Source: an uncultured Mycoplasma sp. (GTDB taxonomy: Bacteria > Bacillota_I > Bacilli_A > RF39 > UBA660). From it: a stretch of DNA of 64,000 nt. A program made the translations under genes and the position numbers. The DNA lies in NCBI GenBank assembly GCA_947646115.1, contig CANSFH010000003.1, positions 16,078-80,077 on the forward strand, in the 5' to 3' direction. Positions 37,068-46,870 of the stretch are shown here, piece by piece (position 1 is the first letter of the stretch; the number at the start of each line of letters is the position of its first letter). The notes below the pieces were generated by a model. It had not been told where the DNA came from. It did not search any database and saw only the letters and a list, made by a program, of their open reading frames with translations.

Positions 37068-38919
37068 AAGTTCTCCTTTTATTATTTTTCTTTATTTTAT
37101 GTGTTAAATGTTTTAAAGATTTTTTAATCTCTAAATAAATAGTAATAGCTATTGGTGCTAATATGACAATAATTAAAATTAAAGCTATTTTATAATTAAT
37201 TAAACTACTAATCTCTGAAATATTTTCAGAAATAATTTCTACTATAGGAACTTTTTTATTTTTAAATTCTTCTATTAACTTGGTTGCTAATTCTTCATTT
37301 TTTAAAGTATCGTTGTGATGATATTCTAAAAAGAAATTTTTAGTATTATTAATTAATTTAGTATAATTTTTATTTTGATAATATTGTTCGTATAGTCCTT
37401 TTAATTCAGAAATATAATCGGGGATTTCATAAAGACTAGGAGTTAAAGGACTATTTGATAGTTCTAAACCATTTAACTTTTCAAATATCGAAGCAATTTT
37501 ATAAAGGTTTTCTTCATTATATTTGGTACTAAAGAATTCTAATCCATATGGAAGATTATCAATATATCCCATAGGTATAGTAATTGAAGGATACCCTATT
37601 ACAGGACTCAAACCACTTCCAGGAGCGTTAAGACTTCCTCCTTGATTTAGTTTGAGTTGTTTAGCTTTCATTGTGGGATAAACAAGTACTTCAACATCAT
37701 ATTCTTTCATAACTTCTAAAATATGATCTTCAAATTTTTTTTTCTTAGCATTGATATTTTTCAAATTATTTTGCCATGCTCCTGTACAACCACTAAGATA
37801 ACCTGATATGCCATATATATGGCCTTCTGCATATACTAAATCTTTAAAGGAGCGAATTTTTCCCGTAGTATTTTTAATATAATTATTAAAGCCAGTACAA
37901 AAACTAATACCAGTCATAGTAGAACTTGCTATATTAGAATAATAGCTATTTACTAGACGATCAATCGCAATTAAATTAGCACCATTATCTTTTAATAACT
38001 GTAATTTTTCATTAGTAAGAGTGGAAATATCTGTATCTGTTTTAGAATTAGCGCCATATTCATTGGCATAACCATCAACATAACCAGTTATAACACCAAT
38101 TTTAAAATCAGATAAATTATTTTTAGTACTATTCTTATAATTATCATTATCCGCTATAATATCTAAAATTAATGCATTATCTTGTACCGTTTTCGTTAAA
38201 ATACCAACTGTATCTCTTTCTAAATCATAAGGAATTACACCTTCACTACTAATTAAACCTAAAGTTGGTCTTAAACCTACTAAACCTGCGGCAGAGGCAG
38301 GAACTCTAACCGAAGAGTTAGTATCTGTACCTAAAGATGCGGCAGCAAAACTAGTTGCTATGGCAACAGCACTACCACCACTAGATCCATTGGGAGAATA
38401 TTGGGTATTAAAGGCATTTTTGACATTACCATAGGAGCTATTAGAAGCAATGGCTTGAAAAGCAAATTCACTCATGTTTGTAGATCCTAATATAATAGCG
38501 CCAGCATCTTTTAACTTCTTGATAACTGTTGCATCACTTTTAGGATAATTATCTTGCAAAGATTTTGCTCCAGCAGTGGTCATAATTCCCAAAACATCAA
38601 TATTAGTCTTTACAAGTATAGGTATACCATGTAAAGCTCCTCTAACATAGCCATTTTGTCGTTCGTTATCTAAAGTTTTGGCTTCTGCTAAAGCATTGGG
38701 ATTTAATTCTCTTATTGCATTAAATTCTTGGTTATATGCTTCAATACGATCTAAATATAATTTAACTAAAAGTTCACTTGTTAAGTATCCTTTGTCTAAA
38801 GCATCACTTAAATCCTCAATACTAGTTTTCGTGATATCCACGACAGATTTATCATATGCAAAAACATTTAATGGTATTAGACTTATTAATATAGCTATTA
38901 TATATTTCAACTTCTTCAT
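37036..38919 (-). CDS. amidase-signature (GatA-like) amidase, secreted with a C-terminal membrane anchor
   Basis: Signal peptide MKKLKYIIAILISLIPLNVFA. GGSSGGSAVAIA...GTDTNSSVRVPAS signature. C-terminal TM (IALILIIVILAPIAITIYL) plus a basic tail. Confidence 0.8.
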   Translation of the reverse strand: MKKLKYIIAILISLIPLNVFAYDKSVVDITKTSIEDLSDALDKGYLTSELLVKLYLDRIEAYNQEFNAIRELNPNALAEAKTLDNERQNGYVRGALHGIPILVKTNIDVLGIMTTAGAKSLQDNYPKSDATVIKKLKDAGAIILGSTNMSEFAFQAIASNSSYGNVKNAFNTQYSPNGSSGGSAVAIATSFAAASLGTDTNSSVRVPASAAGLVGLRPTLGLISSEGVIPYDLERDTVGILTKTVQDNALILDIIADNDNYKNSTKNNLSDFKIGVITGYVDGYANEYGANSKTDTDISTLTNEKLQLLKDNGANLIAIDRLVNSYYSNIASSTMTGISFCTGFNNYIKNTTGKIRSFKDLVYAEGHIYGISGYLSGCTGAWQNNLKNINAKKKKFEDHILEVMKEYDVEVLVYPTMKAKQLKLNQGGSLNAPGSGLSPVIGYPSITIPMGYIDNLPYGLEFFSTKYNEENLYKIASIFEKLNGLELSNSPLTPSLYEIPDYISELKGLYEQYYQNKNYTKLINNTKNFFLEYHHNDTLKNEELATKLIEEFKNKKVPIVEIISENISEISSLINYKIALILIIVILAPIAITIYLEIKKSLKHLTHKIKKNNKRRTYGKSNKRKNG

Positions 38920-38971
38920 TATACATCACATATTAATTATACCTTAAAACATAAAAAAGCTAAATCAAAAA

Positions 38972-39697
38972 TTATTCATTTGTAATTTTTTTCAAGAAGT
39001 TTTTACTTTTTAAATATAAACCTGTATACCTATCATAATAGGTATTTAAGAAATTATTTATTTCATTTTTAGCATTCGAGCTTATATTTAAATTTGTAAT
39101 ACTTTTAATTTCAACGTAATAATACATACGCAATAATTCTATAGTTTTAGGTTCGACTAAAGGTTCATTTTGATAACAATTTTGACAAATATATCCTCCA
39201 CGGTCACCGTCTATAGTTACAATATTTTTAGTAGAATTACAACTAACACAACAATCTAAATTTAAGCCTACTCCTAAATAATCTAAATATTTTATTTCTA
39301 AAATATTACACATTATTAGAGGATCTAATCCTTCATTTATTTTTAAAATAGTTGCTAGAAAGTCCTGATATATGTCATCACATGATTGTTTTACTACTTG
39401 TTCTGTAAGTTCAGTTAAATAATTTAAATAGCTTAATAAAACTATATCGTTTTTAATTGTACTTAAGGAATTTATAACATCAACACTTTTTAGGGTAGAT
39501 AACTTATTTTCTTTGTAATAAATAATAAATTTTGCATAGGTAAATTTTAAAGTTGTAGCTCTAAATTGACTTTTTAAAGATCTAGCTCCTTTACACATAA
39601 TCCCTATTATACCCTCATTAGTATAAACATTTATTATCTTAGATGTCTCACTGTATGGGGTTTCTTTTATGATAATTCCTTCTATTTCTCGTATCAT
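38972..39697 (-). CDS. recO: DNA repair protein RecO
   Basis: OB N-domain and a Cys4 zinc finger (CVSC...CQNC). era-yqzL-recO synteny. Confidence 0.85.
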   Translation of the reverse strand: MIREIEGIIIKETPYSETSKIINVYTNEGIIGIMCKGARSLKSQFRATTLKFTYAKFIIYYKENKLSTLKSVDVINSLSTIKNDIVLLSYLNYLTELTEQVVKQSCDDIYQDFLATILKINEGLDPLIMCNILEIKYLDYLGVGLNLDCCVSCNSTKNIVTIDGDRGGYICQNCYQNEPLVEPKTIELLRMYYYVEIKSITNLNISSNAKNEINNFLNTYYDRYTGLYLKSKNFLKKITNE

Positions 39698-39828
39698 TTA
39701 AATCATCTCAATATATATTATAACAACAATATGTTGAAAAATAAAGAAATGGTAAAATATTTTTAAGGGTTTTTAAAACACTACCAAAAGGCAGTGTTAT
39801 GTATCATAAGTTATTATTTATTTTAAAT

Positions 39829-39921
39829 TTATCTTTCATCTTTTTCAATTTTTTTATATTCTAAATAATCTTCAACTTTACCAGAATTAACAAATTTTTT
39901 CCAGGCTTCCTTTTTATTCAT
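39829..39921 (-). CDS. yqzL: YqzL-family small protein, 30 aa
   Basis: My own translation: MNKKEAWKKFVNSGKVEDYLEYKKIEKDER. AAAGGA Shine-Dalgarno. It sits between era and recO, as yqzL does in Bacillus subtilis. Confidence 0.6.
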   Translation of the reverse strand: MNKKEAWKKFVNSGKVEDYLEYKKIEKDER

Positions 39922-39973
39922 AAGTGTCATCCTTTCTATATTAATTATGAGACACTTATTATTTTTTTATTCA

Positions 39974-40855
39974 TTAAAAGTCTAAAAAGCCTAATTCTTT
40001 TATATAACGCTCTTTATCTTTCCAATTTTTAATGGTTTTAACAAATAATTCTAGATAAACTTTCTTACCAAATCTTTCTTCTAATTCTTCTCTGGCTAAA
40101 GATCCGACCATTTTGAGGCGGTCACCCTTTTTGCCAATAATTATTTTTTTGATTGTATCTCGGTCCACAATTATATCAACATGAACTTCAATTAAATCTT
40201 TTTTTTCTTCATAATAAATAGTATGACAAGTTAAGCTATGAGGGATTTCTTCAACTGTAACATTAAATAATTTCTCTCTAACTATTTCGCTAATCATAAA
40301 ATAATTACTATTGCTGGTTTTAATATCTGTATCAAAATATCTAATTTCATCTTTTAAATATTTTTTAATAACTTCTAATAAATGGTCAACATTATCATTA
40401 TCTAAAGCTGATATAGGAACTATTTCTTGAAAGGGATATAAATCTTTGTATTCATTGATACTATAAATAATATCTTCTTTAGTAAGTTTATCAATTTTGT
40501 TTAAAACTAAAATTACAGGTGATTCCGTTTTCTTTAAAACATCGATAATAAAACGGTCCCCTTTACCAAGTCCTGCGGAAGCATCTACTACAAAAAGTAA
40601 ACAATCAATATCTTTAACTAAAGACATAGCTTGTTTATTAGTAATTTTTCCTAATTTATTTATAGGTTTAATAATTCCAGGGGTGTCCATAAAAACAATT
40701 TGATAATCAGGTTCATTATAAATTCCTTGAATAATATTTCTAGTTGTTCCTGCTATTTTAGAAGTAATAGCAACTTTTTCATTGATTAGAGTATTTAATA
40801 ATGTTGATTTACCTACATTAGGTCTTCCAATTAAACTGACAAATCCACTTTTCAC
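39974..40855 (-). CDS. era: GTPase Era
   Basis: GRPNVGKST, DTPG and NKID motifs, with a C-terminal KH domain. Confidence 0.95.
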   Translation of the reverse strand: MKSGFVSLIGRPNVGKSTLLNTLINEKVAITSKIAGTTRNIIQGIYNEPDYQIVFMDTPGIIKPINKLGKITNKQAMSLVKDIDCLLFVVDASAGLGKGDRFIIDVLKKTESPVILVLNKIDKLTKEDIIYSINEYKDLYPFQEIVPISALDNDNVDHLLEVIKKYLKDEIRYFDTDIKTSNSNYFMISEIVREKLFNVTVEEIPHSLTCHTIYYEEKKDLIEVHVDIIVDRDTIKKIIIGKKGDRLKMVGSLAREELEERFGKKVYLELFVKTIKNWKDKERYIKELGFLDF

Positions 40856-40871
40856 AAAAATACTACCTTTC

Positions 40872-41312
40872 TTACAATAATTTAAATAAGTCCATTAAAT
40901 ATGGTCCAAATACAAATAAGCTAATTACGATTGAAACAATTGACATAATAAAACTGGAAGCCGAACCACAATCTTTAGCGATTTTAGCTAAAGGATGAAT
41001 TTCACTAGTTGTTAAATCAACTGCAGCTTCAATAGCTGTATTTATTAACTCTAAAGCTAGAATACTGCCAAGAGCAATAAATATAATTGCCCATTCTGAT
41101 AGTTTTATTTTAAATATAATTCCCAAAGTAATAGCTAAAATTGTTACTATACCATGAAGCCATAAACTTTGCTCATAACGATAGGCATATACTAAACCAT
41201 CTAATGAGTATTTGACACTTTTTATAAAACGAGATATGCCATAAACTTTAACAGCTTCTCGATTAAATTTTTTTATTTCTTTATTATGATTACCTTTTGA
41301 TACCTGTTTCAT
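40872..41312 (-). CDS. dgkA: diacylglycerol/undecaprenol kinase DgkA family
   Basis: Three TM helices and the ELINTAIEAAVD motif. Synteny. Confidence 0.85.
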   Translation of the reverse strand: MKQVSKGNHNKEIKKFNREAVKVYGISRFIKSVKYSLDGLVYAYRYEQSLWLHGIVTILAITLGIIFKIKLSEWAIIFIALGSILALELINTAIEAAVDLTTSEIHPLAKIAKDCGSASSFIMSIVSIVISLFVFGPYLMDLFKLL

Positions 41313-41733
41313 TTAAAACCAACTCCTGTAACGCAAACATAACCTCTTCTTCTTCTTTTTTCATATGATCGTACCCTAATAAATGTAATAAACCATGCAC
41401 AGTTAAAAAAGAAAGTTCTCTTTTTACACTATGGCCATAACTTTTAGCTTGTTCAAGCATTCGCGGAATACAAATATAAATATCTCCTAAAACCCTGATT
41501 TTATTATACACTAAATCTTCATTATCTTCAAATGCAAATGATATAACATCGGTTATTTTATCAATATTACGATATTCTTTATTTATTCTTTGAATTTCTT
41601 CTTCACTGACAAAAATAATAGAAAAAAAAGCATTTTTGACTTTTTCATGTTTTAAGGTTTTTTTAATAACTTTTTTTAAATAATTATATTTAAAATCAAC
41701 ATGATATACATCATTTATTTCAAATTTATTCAT
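41290..41733 (-). CDS. ybeY: rRNA maturation endoribonuclease YbeY
   Basis: HGLLHLLGYDH zinc-binding motif. Confidence 0.9.
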   Translation of the reverse strand: MNKFEINDVYHVDFKYNYLKKVIKKTLKHEKVKNAFFSIIFVSEEEIQRINKEYRNIDKITDVISFAFEDNEDLVYNKIRVLGDIYICIPRMLEQAKSYGHSVKRELSFLTVHGLLHLLGYDHMKKEEEEVMFALQELVLNETGIKR

Positions 41734-42365
41734 ATTATATTAACTCCCATTCGTCCTAATAAACAAATCACAATTAAAATTAAGATAATAACACATAATA
41801 TGTTATAAATTATATCCTTGCCAAAAATGCTTGGTAAGTATTTCTTTATGGCATTAAGAGCAACATATAATAAGAAACCGATTATGGCACCTAAAGTATT
41901 TAAGATAATATCATCAACATCAAAACTTCTGCCTATACATAATTGAACAAATTCGACAGTAGCACTACTAATAGCACTTACGAGTAATATAGGTAAAATC
42001 TTTTTGGGTTTTATATAGCTTGAGATAAAATAACCAAAAGGGATAAATAAGACAATATTGCCAACAACATTTATATAAAAAGCATTACTTCCTATTTTAT
42101 ATCGAAATATTTCCGTAAATGGAGCTAGGTTATAACCACTTACATGATTTAATTCAGATCTTGTTAATAGTTCATATAGTAAAAGAACATAGACAATAAA
42201 TAAGAGATTAGTGAATTCTTTATAGAAAACAAATTTTTCATTATTAGACCTTATAGCAGCTATACGAACAGTGGCAATTATTACTAAAAATATGGTTAAC
42301 ATAGGCCACATATTGTCAATTGATTCAGTTACTATTTTCGTTATGCTTGTTATCATTAGTATCAC
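41730..42365 (-). CDS. VanZ-like membrane protein
   Basis: Multi-TM protein with N.VLFIPFG and D..D...N..G..IG segments typical of the VanZ family. The start is uncertain because it overlaps the yqfD 3' end. Confidence 0.55.
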   Translation of the reverse strand: MILMITSITKIVTESIDNMWPMLTIFLVIIATVRIAAIRSNNEKFVFYKEFTNLLFIVYVLLLYELLTRSELNHVSGYNLAPFTEIFRYKIGSNAFYINVVGNIVLFIPFGYFISSYIKPKKILPILLVSAISSATVEFVQLCIGRSFDVDDIILNTLGAIIGFLLYVALNAIKKYLPSIFGKDIIYNILCVIILILIVICLLGRMGVNII

Positions 42366-43503
42366 TATCCATTTCTAATTCATAAGACGATTTTTTCCCA
42401 ATTTGTTCTTTAATAGCCAGAAACATATCTATATCTAAATTATCATTATTTATACTTTTTTTCAAGACTTTTTCGTCTATTATATCAGAAATTTTATTGC
42501 CTCTAATAGCAAGTTTTTCATAAATAAGTTCTTTTGCTTTATTTAAAGCTTCTGTTTCATTATATTTGTGCTTTGTAACATTAACTTCATATTCTTTTTC
42601 TATATAAAATTCCAGTCCAAATATTTTAAATAAAAGTTTTTTTTCAGTGTCTTTATTCTCTACTCTACTTTTTAAGATTACATATTCCTCATGCTTACTT
42701 TTAATCATAAAATTGTACCGCATTTTACCAGTTTTAACTTTTTTTTCATAATTTAGAGGTACAGTGGCACTTATATTATACCATACTTCAGCATATACTT
42801 CCCCGCTCGCACAAACATTATTTTTTACTTCTTCATTAAGTTTTATTTCACCACTAATTAAGATTTCACCAGAACTTACATAATCATTAATATTCACTAG
42901 TGATACTCCCTTTTTAGTAGAAATACTTTTTACTATACCAGATTTAGATGCTACTATATGACAAAAACCACTTTCTTCTTCATAATTATTAATAATACGT
43001 TCTTCAACTCTAACATTTACTATCATGCCATCAACATCTATTTCTAGCCACTCTATTTTATCTTTATAATTATTTTTAATATCTTCAATAATACGTTCAT
43101 ATTCGTCATAGTTTTTTTTAAAAGTTAAGGGAGTTAGACCTCTTTCAGCTAAAGCATCGTATAATAAATCTCGTAATTCTTTATTTTCATGGATAACATT
43201 CACGTCTACAATTATATTTGTTAAAAGCAAAAAGAAAATAACAGCAAAGATGATACTTACTATAAAAAGCATATTTTTACGCAATTCTTTTTTTATTTTG
43301 TAAATACCAGTTTCATCAATTATTTCAATTTTATAGCTTATTAAGTACTTTTTAACTCTTTTTAAATCACTAGATAATATTTCTAGAACTAAAGAATCTT
43401 TTTCATATATTATATTCCTAGTATCAACATTAATTTTATTAAGTTTTAATAAGGTATTAGTTTTTTTAGAAGTAATTATTCGTATTTTTAAATAGTGTTT
43501 CAT
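42325..43503 (-). CDS. yqfD: sporulation protein YqfD
   Basis: Size, a single TM near residue 90, and position after yqfC. Confidence 0.7.
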   Translation of the reverse strand: MKHYLKIRIITSKKTNTLLKLNKINVDTRNIIYEKDSLVLEILSSDLKRVKKYLISYKIEIIDETGIYKIKKELRKNMLFIVSIIFAVIFFLLLTNIIVDVNVIHENKELRDLLYDALAERGLTPLTFKKNYDEYERIIEDIKNNYKDKIEWLEIDVDGMIVNVRVEERIINNYEEESGFCHIVASKSGIVKSISTKKGVSLVNINDYVSSGEILISGEIKLNEEVKNNVCASGEVYAEVWYNISATVPLNYEKKVKTGKMRYNFMIKSKHEEYVILKSRVENKDTEKKLLFKIFGLEFYIEKEYEVNVTKHKYNETEALNKAKELIYEKLAIRGNKISDIIDEKVLKKSINNDNLDIDMFLAIKEQIGKKSSYELEMDSDTNDNKHNENSN

Positions 43504-43751
43504 CGTATAAACCTCACATTATTAATTAGACCTTTAATTAATATTTCATGATTATCCATTTTACTTACAATTAAATCTTTACCTTCAATAGCTAGGACAA
43601 ATTCTTTTAATTTTAATTCTATTAAAGTTTCACTTAAACTGATTAAAGTTTCGTAATAATATACATGTAAAAAATTATTAAAAATATCTATATAATAATC
43701 TTGGTCCATTAAAAAATTTTGAAGGTTTTTTACAATACGCATAATCTTCAC
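43500..43751 (-). CDS. yqfC: sporulation protein YqfC (YabP family)
   Basis: 83 aa, 4-nt overlap with yqfD. The L.IEG..L.V......EI.I.G.I..V.F pattern is present. Confidence 0.65.
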   Translation of the reverse strand: MKIMRIVKNLQNFLMDQDYYIDIFNNFLHVYYYETLISLSETLIELKLKEFVLAIEGKDLIVSKMDNHEILIKGLINNVRFIR

Positions 43752-43924
43752 CCTTATAATTTTATGTTAATGGGTATTAAAAAAGAATATAGAATGAATT
43801 GCTTTTAAAGTCGGTGTCATAATTTATCGAAGACAATAAATAAAAATCAAGAAAAATATTTCTATTTGGCACATATCATTTCGGATATTATTTATAAATG
43901 AGAAAATGGGACTGGTGGATAATT

Positions 43925-44056
43925 ATGAATTTTGAAAATATTTTAAATACTAACCAGTCGGTTATTGCTAATTATGAGCGAGGTAGAACAATTATTGTGA
44001 CTCCCTTTTTATGCGCGATTTGCAGAAAATTTAATGTAAGTGCGATTATCTTTTAA
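43925..44056 (+). pseudogene. remnant of an XRE-type HTH gene (C-terminal half of the HTH only)
   Basis: MNFENILNTNQSVIANYERGRTIIVTPFLCAICRKFNVS matches only the recognition-helix/ErG half of an HTH_3 domain. Extending to the upstream in-frame ATG at 43898 adds a non-HTH MRKWDWWII. Confidence 0.35.
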
Positions 44057-44061
44057 AAATT

Positions 44062-44092
44062 AAATAACCATTTTAAAAATGGTTATTTTTCT
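44062..44092. terminator. bidirectional terminator hairpin
   Basis: AAATAACCAT-tttaaaa-ATGGTTATTT, with T-runs on both strands. Confidence 0.6.
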
Positions 44093-44102
44093 ATTTTAAG
44101 GA

Positions 44103-44654
44103 CTAACAATATGGATTTAAACGTTTAGCTATAATGCGGCGTTCTTTTTTGGTATCTACTACTTTTTCAGTTATACTGTTATAGGCATTTTTACTAAAAG
44201 TTTCATAAATACTACAAGCTTTATCTACTAAACAAACTATTAAGCTTTCTTTATATTTAGGAGGTGTAAAAGTAAGAGGAAACATATGACGACTAATAAT
44301 ATCTTGTTCTAAATAATTAATATTAAAGTCTTTTTTCGCATTATATAAAGCTATTTTAGGATGGATAACGCCATGAAGACCTACTTTTTTACTGGGTTTA
44401 TATTTAGCGTGCCAATCATATAAGAAATAATCATGAAGAAGCGCTCCTCTTATTAATTCACGCTCATGTACTTTTAATTTTAAAAATTTACATAAACGAT
44501 AACTATAATAAGAAACTGCTATAGAATGAAGTAAACAACTAGTATTGCCATGTTGAACATAGCGATGCATTTTTAAATACTTCTTTTTCTTAATTACTTC
44601 TTCTAAATAGCTTTTAAATAACAAATCCTCTATTTCTTTATTTTTTAACTTCAT
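44103..44654 (-). CDS. HD-domain phosphohydrolase (small, YqeK/HDIG-unrelated type)
   Basis: H...LLHDYFLYDWH motif with an upstream His (LLHSIAV). Confidence 0.6.
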   Translation of the reverse strand: MKLKNKEIEDLLFKSYLEEVIKKKKYLKMHRYVQHGNTSCLLHSIAVSYYSYRLCKFLKLKVHERELIRGALLHDYFLYDWHAKYKPSKKVGLHGVIHPKIALYNAKKDFNINYLEQDIISRHMFPLTFTPPKYKESLIVCLVDKACSIYETFSKNAYNSITEKVVDTKKERRIIAKRLNPYC

Positions 44655-44759
44655 TTTTATAATCTCCTAAAATAATTATATTATAAAAATATAGAATTAC
44701 CAATATAAAATTTATAATATAACAAATTTGTAAGAAAAAAATAACTTGAAAGTGTCAAG

Positions 44760-45353
44760 TTATTTAACTTTAAATGTATCTTTGGTATTGTAATAGTACT
44801 CACAACCACTAATTACGGATAAGATTGTGGCAATAATTATAAGAGCATAAGCTACATTAATACCAATAAGTTCAAATGGTAAATTATAGAACATTGTAAG
44901 AGTCATACCAATCATCATACACATGGTTTTAGCTTTTCCCATCATAGATGCTGCTACAACTTTTCCTTTTTTACCACTGGCCATTTTAAATGAGTCCACA
45001 AAAATGTCACGAGTAATGATAATAACTGGTATAGCTATACTGATAAATCCATCATAAGCAAGAATTATTAATAAACCATTAACTAGTACTTTATCAGCTA
45101 TAGCATCCATTACTTTACCAAAATCAGTTACTAAATTTCTACTACGAGCTATGTAACCATCTAAAAAATCAGTAAAAGCGGCAATAACAAATAAAACGCC
45201 AGCAATTATATATTTTAAGTCAATAGCAATTTTACCCGCAATGAAGAATGTAGGAAAATTTATACCAAGACTGTACCATGGTATCATAAGCATTATTAAG
45301 ATAATTATAGATACAATTATTCTTGTTAAAGTTAATTTATTAGGTAAATTCAT
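44760..45353 (-). CDS. pgsA: CDP-diacylglycerol--glycerol-3-phosphate 3-phosphatidyltransferase
   Basis: CDP-alcohol phosphatidyltransferase motif DFLDGYIARSRNLVTDFGKVMDAIADK. Confidence 0.9.
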   Translation of the reverse strand: MNLPNKLTLTRIIVSIIILIMLMIPWYSLGINFPTFFIAGKIAIDLKYIIAGVLFVIAAFTDFLDGYIARSRNLVTDFGKVMDAIADKVLVNGLLIILAYDGFISIAIPVIIITRDIFVDSFKMASGKKGKVVAASMMGKAKTMCMMIGMTLTMFYNLPFELIGINVAYALIIIATILSVISGCEYYYNTKDTFKVK

Positions 45354-45366
45354 AATATTCTCCTCT

Positions 45367-45837
45367 TTACTTCATAACATAACTAATTTCTCTAGTTACT
45401 CTATTATCAACAGTTATTTGCTTAATACTCCAAACAATAGCTAATACTACTAACAAAATAATTATTAAATAAGCTGTTATGTAGTAATTTCGACTATATT
45501 TGTGTGGTTTTCTAGTATATGGACTAGATATTTTAGTTGTTTCTTCTTTTTTTTCTTTTTTAGCAAGTTGTTCAATTTTTTTTACTGGTATTTTAGATGT
45601 ATATTCAAACATGTATTCATTGAAATCATCAATTAACTTTTTATTATCAAGTCCTAAATATTTTGCATAATTATTCAAATATTCTTTTAATACAAATATA
45701 TCTTTAAAGCATCCTATTTTTCCATCTTCGATATTATGGATAAATTCTGCTTTAATGTTTAAATCCGCACTTGCTTCATCAATACTAACCCCTGAAGATT
45801 CTCGAGTTTCTTTTAATAAACTCCCAATACTTTCCAA
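45367..45837 (-). CDS. RodZ-like HTH membrane protein
   Basis: N-terminal HTH (LKETRESSGVSIDEASADLNIKAEFIHNIEDG) plus a single TM. It sits upstream of pgsA, as ymfM/rodZ does in Bacillus. Confidence 0.65.
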   Translation of the reverse strand: MESIGSLLKETRESSGVSIDEASADLNIKAEFIHNIEDGKIGCFKDIFVLKEYLNNYAKYLGLDNKKLIDDFNEYMFEYTSKIPVKKIEQLAKKEKKEETTKISSPYTRKPHKYSRNYYITAYLIIILLVVLAIVWSIKQITVDNRVTREISYVMK

Positions 45838-45869
45838 GTGTTATTCACTCCTTTTTTAAATTTAAAAAT

Positions 45870-46225
45870 AAAATATTCATAAGCCATGTTCTGTTCCCTT
45901 TACGGGCGACAAATATTTATCTACTAGTTAACCTAGTCCCTTACGCCATTTTTGTTCTTTTGTAAGAGCTCTCCTACCAAATTTGGATTTCTCACTCGTG
46001 GGGTTTACCGCGTTCCATTTCCACCGTTTCCAGTTTGTACGTTACTATGGCACTTTATCCTTACTAATTCCATAAGTTATACTTTTAGGAATGTTTAGGG
46101 CCGTTAGATTACTCTACCTTAGGTTATTTTTTCCCTAAGCACGAACACTACAGTCATTACAGAGCTGTGTGAGCATGGACTTTCCTCTACATAATATTTA
46201 TGCAGCATTTGTCCGAATATTATTA
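45870..46225 (-). ncRNA. rnpB: RNase P RNA, bacterial type B
   Basis: The minus strand contains GAGGAAAGUCCAUGCUC, GGAACGCGGUAAACCCCACGAGUGAGAAAUCCAAAUUUGGUAGG and ACAGAACAUGGCUUAUGAAUAUU. The terminal AAUAUUC/GAAUAUU can form P1. Ends are approximate to about 10 nt. Confidence 0.9.
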
Positions 46226-46549
46226 TTCATATTTACCAAATACTACTTTTTCAAGTTGACTTATACGACGAAGTAAATCAACATTGTTAGTAGTATTGCC
46301 ACTTGATTCTTCACTCGCTACAAGTTGTTCGCGAAGACTTCTAATCTCTGCTTTTAGTTTAGAATTATCTTCATTTAGATTTTTTATTTCTTTTTCTTGT
46401 CTTTTGATAATATTTATAAATTCGGTATAATCACGTATTACCATATCTAAATATTTATCAACTTCTTGAGGACGATATCCTCTAGCATCAATTTTAAACT
46501 CTTTATCAAGTATTTCTTGCGGAGTTAAATATATTTTATCGCTATACAC
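46223..46549 (-). CDS. gpsB: cell-cycle protein GpsB (DivIVA-domain)
   Basis: LTPQEILDKEFKIDARGYRPQEVDKYLD DivIVA N-domain plus a coiled coil. GTG start after AAGGAAG. Upstream promoter on the minus strand: TTGACA (46604-46599), 18-nt spacer, TATAAT (46580-46575). Confidence 0.85.
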   Translation of the reverse strand: MYSDKIYLTPQEILDKEFKIDARGYRPQEVDKYLDMVIRDYTEFINIIKRQEKEIKNLNEDNSKLKAEIRSLREQLVASEESSGNTTNNVDLLRRISQLEKVVFGKYE

Positions 46550-46725
46550 TGTCCCACTTCCTTAACTTATAACTATTATAATATTTTTTGGGGTATTTTG
46601 TCAATAAGGCATAATTTATAAGTTAAGTATTTACTATAACTAGTTTTCTAATAGTGTTAAAGCAACTTCTAATTTCGCCATTAATATCAATAGTATAAGG
46701 AAGATTGAAAGCGAAACATATAATT

Positions 46726-46848
46726 TTAAAATAAGCAATAAAAGTTCTGATATTCCCATAATTCATCAATTAAAGATAATTTGAATTTTATAGTTTCTTC
46801 TTCAATCCTAGAAAAATTATTTTCGTCTAAATATAAAATATTATTCAT
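46726..46848 (-). CDS. small hypothetical protein, 40 aa
   Basis: My own translation: MNNILYLDENNFSRIEEETIKFKLSLIDELWEYQNFYCLF. Strong GGAGGT Shine-Dalgarno. Confidence 0.35.
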   Translation of the reverse strand: MNNILYLDENNFSRIEEETIKFKLSLIDELWEYQNFYCLF

Positions 46849-46870
46849 AATACCTCCTAGCAAATATTTT

